From the NCBI GenBank assembly GCA_964016885.1, contig OZ024742.1, positions 84,196,001 through 84,260,000 on the forward strand: a stretch of DNA of 64,000 nt, given 5' to 3'. Under the pieces are notes generated by a model. That model saw only the letters and a list, made by a program, of their open reading frames with translations, was not told the origin of the DNA and made no database searches. Position 1 is the stretch's first letter; each line of letters begins with the position of its first letter. Origin of the DNA: Eledone cirrhosa (taxonomy: Eukaryota). Positions 1 to 12,772 of this stretch are shown here, in pieces. Both the position numbers and the translations under genes were made by a program.

Positions 1-395
1 ATCGGCAAATAATTTCTTTAATAAAAATGTCATTAAACTGTAGACATTATGAAACTGTGTAATGATATTTTGGCGCACGGAAGCAAATAAATGCCCACGT
101 CTAAACAAAAGCCACTGCAGTCGAAACACGATAAGCAGACGCACTCTATAATTTGAAAGAAAGAACAACATCTAATCCATTCGATTTCGCTCAACATCAA
201 CAACGGACTGACTACTTTATATGGCTTAACCTCATTGCAGCATTACATCATCTTCAGATTATGTGCTAACATACTACTTTACAGATTAATTCTAAATATA
301 TAACTCAGAAAATATAGATTTCTAAGATGATCAATACAAGATCATCACCAGCAAATACGTGGTGTAGCTTCAAAATAGAAAAATACTTCAAAGTA

Positions 396-433
<38 letters not shown>

Positions 434-1156
434 TCACAAACACACACACATATATATATACACATACACAGAAAAATGTAGTTGTATTACTCTGCTCACA
501 CACACATACACACACATATATATGTATATACGAGAAATATTATATCGTGCTAACGTATATTACATAGTGAAATGATATATTGCTTCGTGAAATTTATTGT
601 ATATATCAGCCTTATATTTCTTCACTCTACGAGGAATAATAATCGCGTCAATAATATAATAGTTATTCAGATCGATTATAAAAATTTAATAGCTGCTGTC
701 TTCCTCTTTTTCTTTCTTTCTCTCTTCCTGCTTCTCTCAACACATCTATTTCACTTCACGTACACTGATCTACGTACCATGGCACACACATATACATTAC
801 TTTCAACTAATAATATTTATTTTATATCTAACCAATGCTGTATCATCGGTATGGATTGTATTGAGTTTTTTGCTTACAAACATAAGCATATATACAGACG
901 TAGATATATACACACACACATGCATACATAGATATATAATTACGTACACACGCACGCACATACAAGCACATATATGAACATACGTATATTTATCTAATAT
1001 AATGCAATATATATATATATATATATATATATAGAAGGTGAGTAATATTGTAGAACAATAAAACTATGCATATATCAGATAAGTAGCACTCAACAGTTGG
1101 TAGAACTAGAGTATATATTAAAGAGGAAATTAAAAGATGGTTAAAAAGTTCCATAT

Positions 1157-1224
1157 ATTTTATTATGCGCATTCCGAAAACAACATCATCCTGGGACAAA
1201 AATTGTGTTCTCATCAGATAAAAT
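1157..1224 (-). ncRNA. Degenerate type I hammerhead ribozyme (GAAA changed to GGAA)
   Basis: Minus strand: stem I AUUUUAU/AUAAAAU, CUGAUGA, stem II GAACACAA/UUGUUUUC, GGAA, palindromic stem III AUGCGCAU, AUA triplet. Confidence 0.6.
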
Positions 1225-1268
1225 AATTGTTTCTACTTTAGGCACAAGGCCAGGAATTACCCAGTGCA
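1222..1268 (-). mobile_element. 3' fragment of the abundant tRNA-derived SINE with ~16-bp TSD
   Basis: ataattgtttctactttaggcacaaggcc matches the family; catcagat(a/g)aaataat is duplicated on both sides. Confidence 0.75.
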
Positions 1269-1391
1269 GTACATCAGATGAAATAATGTAATATGATATG
1301 AGGCCTAAAAAACACTTGTCAACAAGAAAGTGTCCAGTCTACATGTATATATATATATATAATAAAACTTGTCTATAGAATCACCAGATAA

Positions 1392-1656
1392 AATATATAC
1401 CATTTCCTCTCCCAATTAGTATAATTAACCATGTAAAAATTCGATTAGACCAAGCTATAAGAATAAAGGCTTCTATTGAGAAATCTCCAACAAATAACCG
1501 AAAGCAGCCCTTCGCGTCGGTTGCGACGGAGTATTTATCGAGTATTTCGACAGCGTGTATAAATCGCTCAGATATACAGTCAACTAAACAGAATTAGGTG
1601 TACAATAAACTAGGAGAAAAGTGAACATATTTAGTTACCTCTACCATGGTTTCGTT
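1392..1656 (-). mobile_element. HHR-bearing non-autonomous repeat, truncated in the HHR (same family as 10968-11345)
   Basis: Diverged match to 11001-11282; carries only the 3' half of the HHR (minus: GAAA-CCAUGG-UA-GAGG, 1638-1655). Confidence 0.6.
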
Positions 1657-1658
1657 TT

Positions 1659-1754
1659 ATAGTGAGCAAAGGCACTGCACAAAGCCAGTCCTACTCTCTT
1701 AACCAAGATGATATTTACCAAAAAGAAGAACAAGTCGACATCATTGGATACCAT
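1659..1754 (-). mobile_element. Internal fragment of the RTE-derived element at 47976-48524, inverted
   Basis: Near-identical reverse complement of ~48198-48293. Confidence 0.8.
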
Positions 1755-1810
1755 ATGTATATATATCATCATTGGATACCATATGTATGTATACATATAT
1801 ACATGCATAC

Positions 1811-1856
<46 letters not shown>

Positions 1857-1860
<4 letters not shown>

Positions 1861-2711
1861 GAAAGGTATAGAAAACACTGCAGCGAAAAGCGAACAGCAT
1901 ACCGTAGTATATAAGTGACTATAGCGTCAAAATGGGAAAAATAGTTTACGTAAGATGTGGGAAAAATAATTTAAACTCACATAAAGAGAATCAGGATATA
2001 AATTCATCCACAGAATTTAGTGAAATCCAGGGAAAAATCAATAGAGCCTTAACTCATGATAAAATAAAGTTCAAGATACCCATCCTTCAATTTGGAAAAA
2101 CTTCAAATGCTCTGTATAGTCGTAAGACTATTTCATGAAAACTTTCAGCGGAGATGGTCACAGTTGGAATTCATCATCAGCAGAGCTCAACTCGATAACC
2201 AGGATTCTCTCAGATTAATATACCAAAAAGGGAATTCTAAAGCTGGCCAGTCCAACATCATGCGTGATCACGAAAAACGCACACGAGGAAAAAATGGCTA
2301 TTGACGTCAGAATGAGACGAAAGTTTGTTTACAAGAAACAACAGTCAAAAACATTCCGAAAAAAACTCTACAGTTAGGAGTTCAGCAAAATGAAATATTA
2401 TCGCAGTTTTTATAAAAAAACCGGGATTAGTCACAAATAATTTAAGCACTCGAGGAAAAATCCGAGTATAAGTATATAAATGAAAGGTATAGAAAACACT
2501 GCAGCGAAAAGCGAACAGCATTCCATAGTATATAAGTGACTATAGCGTCAAAATGGGAAAATAGTTAACGTAAGATGTGGGAAAAATAATTTAAACTCAT
2601 CTTAAAGAGAATCAGGATATAAATTCATCCACAGAATTTAGTGAAATCGAGGGAAAAATCAATAGAGCCTTAACTCATGATAAAATAAAGTTCAAGATAC
2701 CTATCCTTCAA
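1857..2711 (-). mobile_element. Partial tandem (1.4 x 621 bp) HHR-bearing repeat, retrozyme/Penelope pseudo-LTR-like; second copy 4012-4865
   Basis: 1857-2090 is repeated at 2478-2711; HHR at 2109-2186; (TA)n on both sides. Confidence 0.75.
2109..2186 (-). ncRNA. Type I hammerhead ribozyme
   Basis: Minus: GCUCUG-CUGAUGA-UGAA(long loop)UUCAU-GAAA-UAGUC uuac GACUA-UA/CAGAGC; 6-bp stem I, stable stem III, AUA triplet. Confidence 0.85.
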
Positions 2712-2724
2712 TATATATATATAT

Positions 2725-2778
<54 letters not shown>

Positions 2779-2802
<24 letters not shown>

Positions 2803-3947
2803 ATGAGAAGAGAGAGAGAAATACTGCGTGGTTGCACATGGGTTACATATTATAAAATTAGTCCCTCGTCAGTGATTTGCCAACCATCATTGGTATTTCA
2901 TCGCATTAAAAATCATATACCTCAGGTTGGTGCGAGCAATAACTAAAAAAAGCTATTCGGACAAGTGAGACGCGTAAAGCGAGTGAGACAAGTAAACAGC
3001 ATAGAAGAATAAAGGCAAACCAAACATAGGAAAAAAAACAAGCAACATGGTTATCCGGTCAGCATTATCTGGGTGAATTTCATGAGCGTTCAAAATACAG
3101 ACCGTCCGACGTGAGTGAGATGTGAGAAAGAATGAAAGAACCCCACTACCAACGAAACGGGAGGAAGTGAGAAGGGGAGAAACAGAGAGTGAGTGAGTGG
3201 AAGTGTGAGGAAGAGGTCAGTCGAGAGAAAGTGTAACTGACAGAGGGGGCGAAAGAAGGTGAGAGAAACAGAGAGAACGGGGGAGCAGTGAGAGAGAAAG
3301 ATATATGGTAAGGTTTGGCGTATGCTTGTGTATGTACGTATCTGTTTGCGTGTATGTATTTATTTGTTTCTATTACTTCTGTATTGTATTTATTTACTTT
3401 GTTCTTAACTCTGTAGCGGAGATTCATTTGGTCTGCTAGTTAGAATTTTAGTCTACGACTTCTGCTATACCATTTACGTGGTTTTGTCTTTGCGTGCTAT
3501 TGTTCTCCACGCTCCACATATGACTTATTATCTTCGTTTTTTCGTTCATTGTCAGAGAACGTCTCTATGCACCACCTTAAAGAACATTAGTCTACGACCT
3601 CTTTTATACCATAAACGTGGTTCTGTCTTTCCGCGTAATTGTTTTTCACCGCTCCTATTAATGACGTATTATTCGTTTTTTCCCGTTCTTTGCCAGCGAA
3701 CGTTTCCACGAACCAAAGTATCGTCTTCCTGTCTTCCTCCGGTTGCAACGTTTTTTGAAATATCCAGTTCTGCGTTTACAGATTGACTTTATTAGTTTCA
3801 GAAGATCCCGTTAAGGGTGAAAGCAGCGATTCTTTGCTTAAACTTTAATCTGTTATTTTAATAAATATTTGCTCTACGGTTCTTATATATTTGATATATA
3901 TTTTCCTTATCGAGACCTCTTTGGATTTTAGTCTTCAATTTTATTAT

Positions 3948-3950
<3 letters not shown>
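2779..3950 (+). mobile_element. Dispersed non-coding repeat with an HHR-like motif near its 3' end (second copy 4951-6122; fragments near 8280-8345 and 57335-57562)
   Basis: The 3' segment recurs at four places, each adjacent to (TA)n. Confidence 0.6.
3794..3844 (+). ncRNA. Hammerhead-like motif with variant core CAGAAGA
   Basis: AGUUU-CAGAAGA-UCCC guuaa GGGU-GAAA-GCA..UGC-UU/AAACU; all three stems form but U4 is A. Confidence 0.55.
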
Positions 3951-4015
<65 letters not shown>

Positions 4016-4263
4016 GAAAGGTATAGAAAACACTGCAGCGAAAAGCGAACAGCTTACCGTAGTATATAAGTGACTATAGCGTCAAAATGGGAAAAATAGT
4101 TTACGTAAGATGTGGGAAAAATAATTTAAACTCACATAAAGAGAATCAGGATATAAATTCATCCACAGAATTTAGTGAAATCCAGGGAAAAATCAATAGA
4201 GCCTTAACTCATGATAAAATAAAGTTCAAGATACCCATCCTTCAATTTGGAAAAACTTCAAAT

Positions 4264-4340
4264 GCTCTGTATAGTCGTAAGACTATTTCATGAAAACTTT
4301 CAGCGGAGATGGTCCAGTTGGAACTCATCATCAGCAGAGC
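4264..4340 (-). ncRNA. Type I hammerhead ribozyme (duplicate of 2109-2186)
   Basis: Same fold; stem II UGAG/UUCA. Confidence 0.85.
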
Positions 4341-4878
4341 TCAACTCGATAACCAGGATTCTCTCAGATTAATATACCAAAAAGGGAATTCTAAAGCTGG
4401 CCAGTCCAACATCATGCGTGATCACGAAAAACGCACACGAGGAAAAAATGGCTATTGACGTCAGAATGAGACGAAAGTTTGTTTACAAGAAACAACAGTC
4501 AAAAACATTCCGAAAAAAACTCTACAGTTAGGAGTTCAGCAAAATGAAATATTATCGCAGTTTTTATAAAAAAACCGGGATTAGTCACAAATAATTTAAG
4601 CACTCGAGGAAAAATCCGAGTATAAGTATATAAATGAAAGGTATAGAAAACACTGCAGCGAAAAGCGAACAGCATTCCATAGTATATAAGTGACTATAGC
4701 GTCAAAATGGGAAAATAGTTAACGTAAGATGTGGGAAAAATAATTTAAACTCATCTTAAAGAGAATCAGGATATAAATTCATCCACAGAATTTAGTGAAA
4801 TCGAGGGAAAAATCAATAGAGCCTTAACTCATGATAAAATAAAGTTCAAGATACCTATCCTTCAATATATATATATAT

Positions 4879-4974
<96 letters not shown>

Positions 4975-5965
4975 ATGAGAAGAGAGAGAGAAATACTGCG
5001 TGGTTGCACATGGGTTACATATTATAAAATTAGTCCCTCGTCAGTGATTTGCCAACCATCATTGGTATTTCATCGCATTAAAAATCATATACCTCAGGTT
5101 GGTGCGAGCAATAACTAAAAAAAGCTATTCGGACAAGTGAGACGCGTAAAGCGAGTGAGACAAGTAAACAGCATAGAAGGATAAAGGCAAACCAAAGATA
5201 GGAAAAAAATCAAGCAACATGGTTATCCGGTCAGCATTATCTGGGTGAATTTCACGAGCGTTCAAAATACAGACCGTCCGACGTGAGTGAGATGTGAGAA
5301 AGAATGAAAGAACCCCACTACCAACGAAACGGGAGGAAGTGAGAAGGGGAGAAACAGAGAGTGAGTGAGTGGAAGTGTGAGGAAGAGGTCAGTCGAGAGA
5401 AAGTGTAACTGACAGAGGGGGCGAAAGAAGGTGAGAGAAACAGAGAGAACGGGGGAGCAGTGAGAGAGAAAGATATATGGTAAGGTTTGGCGTATGCTTG
5501 TGTATGTACGTATCTGTTTGCGTGTATGTATTTATTTGTTTCTATTACTTCTGTATTGTATTTATTTACTTTGTTCTTAACTCTGTAGCGGAGATTCATT
5601 TGGTCTGCTAGTTAGAATTTTAGTCTACGACTTCTGCTATACCATTTACGTGGTTTTGTCTTTGCGTGCTATTGTTCTCCACGCTCCACATATGACTTAT
5701 TATCTTCGTTTTTTCGTTCATTGTCAGAGAACGTCTCTATGCACCACCTTAAAGAACATTAGTCTACGACCTCTTTTATACCATAAACGTGGTTCTGTCT
5801 TTCCGCGTAATTGTTTTTCACCGCTCCTATTAATGACGTATTATTCGTTTTTTCCCGTTCTTTGCCAGCGAACGTTTCCACGAACCAAAGTATCGTCTTC
5901 CTGTCTTCCTCCGGTTGCAACGTTTTTTGAAATATCCAGTTCTGCGTTTACAGATTGACTTTATT

Positions 5966-6016
5966 AGTTTCAGAAGATCCCATTAAGGGTGAAAGCAGCG
6001 ATTCTTTGCTTAAACT
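5966..6016 (+). ncRNA. Hammerhead-like motif with CAGAAGA core (duplicate of 3794-3844)
   Basis: Same fold as 3794-3844. Confidence 0.55.
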
Positions 6017-6119
6017 TTAATCTGTTATTTTAATAAATATTTGCTCTACGGTTCTTATATATTTGATATATATTTTCCTTATCGAGACCTCTTTGGATTT
6101 TAGTCTTCAATTTTATTAT

Positions 6120-6162
<43 letters not shown>

Positions 6163-6250
6163 TGTGTGTGTGTATATATATAGTCGTAATAGGTAGGAAA
6201 AATATCAGAGATATAGAACAACTCAAGTCCGTAGGGTGAGTTTAAATATA

Positions 6251-6484
6251 ATTATTAAGTCCAAGCATTACAACGGAGCCATACCAGGAGTGCACATTTT
6301 GCGGGTCCTGAGGACCACCTTCTTCAACCTGACAAAGAACAGGAAAATATTTACTCAAAATGTCCCCTTTGTGTAAACATTTTCCGGTTCATTTTCATCG
6401 GCATATGTTGAACCATTTGGTCCTCAGGACCAACGACAGGTAGGTACCTGGTATGGCACCGTTGTAGTAACTGTCCTTAATAAT
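6251..6484. repeat. Long imperfect rod-like inverted repeat
   Basis: Nested complementary blocks: tacaacggagccataccagg/cctggtatggcaccgttgta, ggtcctgaggacca/tggtcctcaggacc, ttcaac/gttgaa, ggaaaatatttac/gtaaacattttcc. Confidence 0.8.
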
Positions 6485-6519
6485 AATAATTATATATCTG
6501 TGTATATATAAAAAATAAG

Positions 6520-7260
6520 TATGTGTGTGTGTGTGTCTGTGTATTACCTATAGGGGCCTACATCTTACGACTGATTTTCATGAAACTTTACAGGCTCATA
6601 GATCAGTCATCGGGGAGTGTTTTCTATATATCAGCGTATCATTTTTTTCATTCCGGTGTCATTCTGCAGATAAAAATCGATAGGGGCGGGGGGTCACCTT
6701 TTTTTAGGTATCGAAAAATAAGATTTCTGGCTCAAGCTCCCATATTTTTCCACTGATTTCGTTCAAATTTTAAAGCAAAATATAATTTATCCTTGCACAT
6801 CCTGTAATGGCTTTATATTTTGCATTTGTTGTTCAGGGACGCCGTGGCAGCCGCTTACAAATTGAAAAAATACCACTTTTAGACTCAAATACCCACCTTT
6901 TCGGCTCTAGCTCACACATTAATCAACCTACTTTGTTCAAATTTTACACTACGCTAGATCTTATTATTTGACGTCTTAAAGTGGCTTTACATTGTGGATA
7001 TTTCGTTCAGGAACGGCGTAACACCCGCTTAAATATTCGAAAATACCACTTTTGCGCTCAGAAATTTCAACCGATTTCGTTCAAATTCGAAACTTCAGCT
7101 CCACCTCACACATAAATCAATTTATTTGGTTCAACTTTTATAATACGATAGAACCTATCATTAGCTCCCACATTTTTCAACCGATTTCGTTCAAATTCAA
7201 AACTTCGGCTCCACCTCACACACAACCTACTTTCAAAATTTGCAATGCAAAATGATGTGG
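6520..7260 (+). mobile_element. Possible non-autonomous Helitron/Helentron-type (HINE-like) element with internal subrepeats
   Basis: GT microsatellite followed by gattttcatgaaacttt, then repeated ccgatttcgttcaaatt blocks (~6750, 6925, 7070, 7180). Confidence 0.4.
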
Positions 7261-7535
7261 TGTCATTCATGTCTTTCTTAATGATATTGCTCCTATTTGA
7301 GGTCGATTTCTAAATCATTTGGGTGTTCCATAACCTAGATCCTCCTTTTATTTCTCATCTATCTAGACTATATTTTAACCTGTAATCCATGTTTCATTTC
7401 TGTTGCACCTCATTTTTCCCTCTCTCCCCCTCTCTCTTTCTCTCTGTGATATTTGAATATACCTGATTTGGGCTTAATTTATTCATACATAGGTTTTTGC
7501 ATGTCAGTTAAATTCAAACTTACAATGATTGGCAT

Positions 7536-7602
<67 letters not shown>

Positions 7603-7775
7603 ATATATATATATATATATATAATGGGCTGAATACAATAAATGTAATCTGAGTTTTTTGAATATTAATAATAACATTCGATTCGTTTGCAATTATGCAA
7701 ACAAGCCTCAATTTTATAGCCATGTCAGTAGAATGAACCCTTCATTCTTGCTCTTGTGTTGACATGTAAAAAGAA

Positions 7776-7819
7776 CTGCAGAAACTAATGTTTCTGGGTA
7801 TCACCCTTCATCAGTACAG
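7776..7819 (-). ncRNA. Degenerate hammerhead motif
   Basis: Minus: CUGUA-CUGAUGA-aGGGU gau ACCCa-GAAAC..UUC/UGCAG; stem III is imperfect. Confidence 0.5.
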
Positions 7820-7992
7820 CTCACTATTCACCTGCCAAAATGTCAGAGCTAGTGAAAATATATTATTTTCAAAAATACACAGTGACTGCTCGGCCTGATT
7901 TGCATATTAGCAGACTGGCTGATCAGTCAGATCTGCATATTAGCAGATCCACTGAACAGCTAAGTTTGCATATCAGCAGACTGGCTACTCAG

Positions 7993-8096
7993 TTTCCTGT
8001 ATACGAGCGATAAATGGCCGGCTTTGCCAAATCAAGAAAAAAAAAAAGAAATCTGTAATTGGCAAAGCCAGCCATTTATCGCTCGTATACAGGAAA
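7993..8096. repeat. 38-bp inverted repeat with 28-bp spacer
   Basis: tttcctgtatacgagcgataaatggccggctttgccaa and its reverse complement, 1 mismatch. Confidence 0.9.
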
Positions 8097-8404
8097 GTAC
8101 ATATATAATGCTATTATTTAATTTTTATAATGAATGAACATTTAAAAAAAAAATGTAAGTGGATATAAAACACTACAATAAAAAAATATTCTCCAATAAA
8201 AAAACATTATGTATTTTGCGAAATCCAGAGACTTTCAATAATGATCTTTGGTCTTTCACACTCACTCAATATATATATATTAAAATAACTAATTAAAGTT
8301 TAAGGAAAAATCGCTGCTTTCACCCTTAATCTTCTGAAAGTAAAAAAAAGTCAAAGCGAAGATAATACGTCGTTATGTGGAACGTGAGAACAATTACGTT
8401 AAGA

Positions 8405-8468
8405 ATAATTGTTTCTACTTTAGGCACAAGGCCAGCAATTACCCAGTACATTACTGGTACTTTATTTT
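8405..8468 (-). mobile_element. 5'-truncated SINE with 16-bp TSD
   Basis: Family 3' end; ttacgttaagaataat on both sides. Confidence 0.8.
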
Positions 8469-9009
8469 ACGTTAAGAATAATGTAAATAAATTACTTGAA
8501 CGAAAATGACAGAGGTTATTAAAATCATAAATATAATAATAATTAAATATATACATACTCACAACTATATACGTACATACACGGGCATACGCGAAGTCCC
8601 ACGCCATGCACGTACATATAAACACGCGCACACGTACGTAAACCGGCGCGACATATATACCCGCAGACATACGAACGTATACACCAAATACACAAATATG
8701 TATATACATATATACACACATAAACTCACATATACGTATACAAATATACACGCACAAACACGAAATGCACATATATATATAAATACACGCATAAGTGCAT
8801 ATATAACGCACACACACACACACACACATACACATACCTAGAGGTAAATACACATTTGTTCACCAAACGTACAAATACGGAAACCTATGTACACATATAC
8901 ACACCATACATATATATATATAAATATCTACATAAAACCACACACGCACAACCATACATCCACACACACACGCACACACCCACGCACACACACACATATA
9001 TATATATAT

Positions 9010-9055
<46 letters not shown>

Positions 9056-9410
9056 TATATAAACATATATATATACAATATACACATAAATATACATAAA
9101 TATACACAAATACATATATACACACATACACATAAACACAAATATACGCATACAAAAATACACGCACAAACACGATATATATATATACACACACACATAT
9201 ACATGTATATATTATATATATATATATATATATGGGAGTGCGTGTATATGTGTGCATAGGTTTATATATATATATGTATATATACATAACATGATTTCAA
9301 CTTGCACAAAAATACCTAGGGATCTAATTGACATTGTATATATATATATATATTTATATATGTGTATGTGTGTATATATATGTGTATGTGTGTACACACC
9401 ACCTTCATCA

Positions 9411-9453
<43 letters not shown>

Positions 9454-9477
9454 TATTTTAAAAACTACCCGGTCGAG

Positions 9478-9764
9478 AGCTCATTCGATTTGTGCTATTT
9501 ATGCAATTTTTTGCATGGATTTACACATACTGAATTCATTTGTCAAAATCTGGGGTTTTTCCTCTGTGAGTTGCACATGTGCTTTTACAAAACACTGTGT
9601 CATCCACAACATTAGCGTAGAACAAAATACCTGTTGATAACGTGATATTCCTCGTTCGATCATTATACCAAAAGCTTATTGTTTTAAGCAGACAGTATTA
9701 TTGATTTATGTGTCGCAGAAACCCTGTACTGGATTTTACCATCAATTCCAAGGCTCCAAGTTTG

Positions 9765-9795
<31 letters not shown>

Positions 9796-10379
9796 AATAT
9801 ATATGAATATGTCATTTATTTTGTCTGACCTGTTTAGCTTGACTTGTTTTTTTGGCTTAAGGGGTTAATGGCTTCTTGACCGCCTTTTCAGTTTGTATGG
9901 CTTTTATAACCTATGTTTATTGCTCTGGTCTTTTTAACCCATGGAGCGCTTGCCAGTATGACTCGGAATTTGCGTTACGTTTCGCTTTTTCTACCCGCCG
10001 AAATGCGATTCTCGCTGAATTTATATTTGTATTAATCTCCCAAGTCTTACAATTAACCTGTTAATAATTCTATTGAGAGATTAATTGCATAAGCTTATTC
10101 GATTTGTGCTATTTATGTAATTTTTTGCATGGATTTACACATACTGAATTCATTTGCCAAAATCTGGGTTTTTTCGCCTGTGAGTTACACATGTGCTTTT
10201 ACAAAACACTGTGTCATCCACAACATTGGCGCAGAACAAAATACCTGTTGATAACGTGATATTCCTCGTTCGATCATTATACGAAAAAGCTTATTGTTTT
10301 AAGCAGACAGTATTATTGATTTAGGTGTCACAGAAACCCTGTACTGGATTTTACCATCAATTCCAAGGGTCCAGGCTTG

Positions 10380-10456
<77 letters not shown>

Positions 10457-10478
10457 TATATATATTTATTTGTCTGAC
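9478..10478. repeat. Direct duplication of ~290-350 bp (9478-9830 / 10092-10478)
   Basis: Highly similar blocks, each followed by (TA)n and tttgtctgacc. Confidence 0.9.
9927..10028. repeat. ~100-bp dispersed structured repeat (also 11517-11615 and inverted 49790-49859)
   Basis: tgactcggaatttgcgttacgtttcgc...gaaatgcgattctcgctgaattt found three times. Confidence 0.85.
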
Positions 10479-10662
10479 CCGAATTTTCTTGGTCGTATTT
10501 TTGGCTGTGCGAATGATTGTTTAAGCATCGTCTCAGTGTGTTGGTATTAAACGTTAGTTATAGCTCTGGTTTATCCGAACTATTGAGCACTTTGCCGCAC
10601 ATTTCGAAGATTGTCTTTCGTTATTTCGAGGGCCGAAGTTCCGATTCTCGATAATTTATTTG

Positions 10663-10736
<74 letters not shown>

Positions 10737-10739
<3 letters not shown>

Positions 10740-10801
10740 GCTAATTGGGAGAGGAAATGGTGTATATATATTATCAATTGATTCTATGGACATACTTTAT
10801 A

Positions 10802-10881
<80 letters not shown>

Positions 10882-11033
10882 GCTAATTGAGAGAGGAAAC
10901 GGTGCATATATATTAACAATTGATTCTATGGACATACTTTATAGTATATATATATATATATATATATACTATAAAGTATGTCCATAGAATCAATTGATAA
11001 TATATATACACCATTTCCTCTCCCAATTATCAT
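10737..11033. repeat. Two direct and one inverted copy of a ~68-bp element end around (TA)n
   Basis: catgctaattgggagaggaaatgg...catactttatag twice, then its reverse complement. Confidence 0.9.
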
Positions 11034-11262
11034 GATTAACCACACAAAAAATCAATTAGACCAGGCTATAAGATTAAAAAGCACCTATGAAGAAATAGTA
11101 GATAAATAAACGACAGCAATATCTTCGCGACCAACCGCCATAGAATATTTACCCAACATTTCAACAGCACGTGGAAATCGATTAAATATACTGTCAACCA
11201 TACACAATTAGGTATAAAATTAAAGTTAGAAGAAAAAATGCATATACACATACCAGTATCAG

Positions 11263-11342
11263 GTTTCTGCCCTAGGGTTTCGTTCGCTTTCGGAAATATC
11301 CTATTAAGGATAACATCTCGAGCTTCGAACTCATCAGGAAAC
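11263..11342 (-). ncRNA. Type I hammerhead ribozyme with long stem II and U16.1>C change
   Basis: Minus: GUUUC-CUGAUGA-GUUCG..UAUCCU uaau AGGAUA..CGAAC-GAAA-CCCUAGGG-CA/GAAAC. Confidence 0.75.
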
Positions 11343-11608
11343 AAACTCATTTGGACAAAGGATTTTCTTAAGTGATCTCCGCCAGAAACGAATTCAAAAT
11401 GGCTAAGAACTGTGACGTGGCAGTGGTCAAGTCAGAAAGAATGTGATTGGTTGCTTACGGTGAGTGGGCTGGTTGCTAGAAAGCGCAGCCCAATATTGCC
11501 CAAATTGCATCTTATTGGTCTTTTTAGCCCATGGAGCGCTTGCCAGCATGACTCGGAATTTGCGTTACGTTTCGCTTCTTCTACCCGCCTAAATGCGATT
11601 CTCACTGA

Positions 11609-11667
<59 letters not shown>

Positions 11668-11671
11668 ACAA

Positions 11672-11754
<83 letters not shown>

Positions 11755-11860
11755 AAGAGATGCTATTGCAAATATAAATACAAATCCTAAGACATACGTA
11801 CACACACACACAGACACCCACACGCATAGACACACACACATATATGCATATATGTGTGAT

Positions 11861-12772
<912 letters not shown>

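Larger units (their letters stand above)
1857..6122. repeat. Recent tandem duplication of a ~2.16-kb unit (1857-3950, 4012-6122) bounded by (TA)n
   Basis: Copies differ by a handful of substitutions/indels and by (TA)n length; the ORF track repeats at offsets 2155 and 2172. Confidence 0.95.

Noticed and set aside
2840-2880. CUGACGA on minus with GGG/CCC stem
   Set aside because: No GAAA or stem III follows
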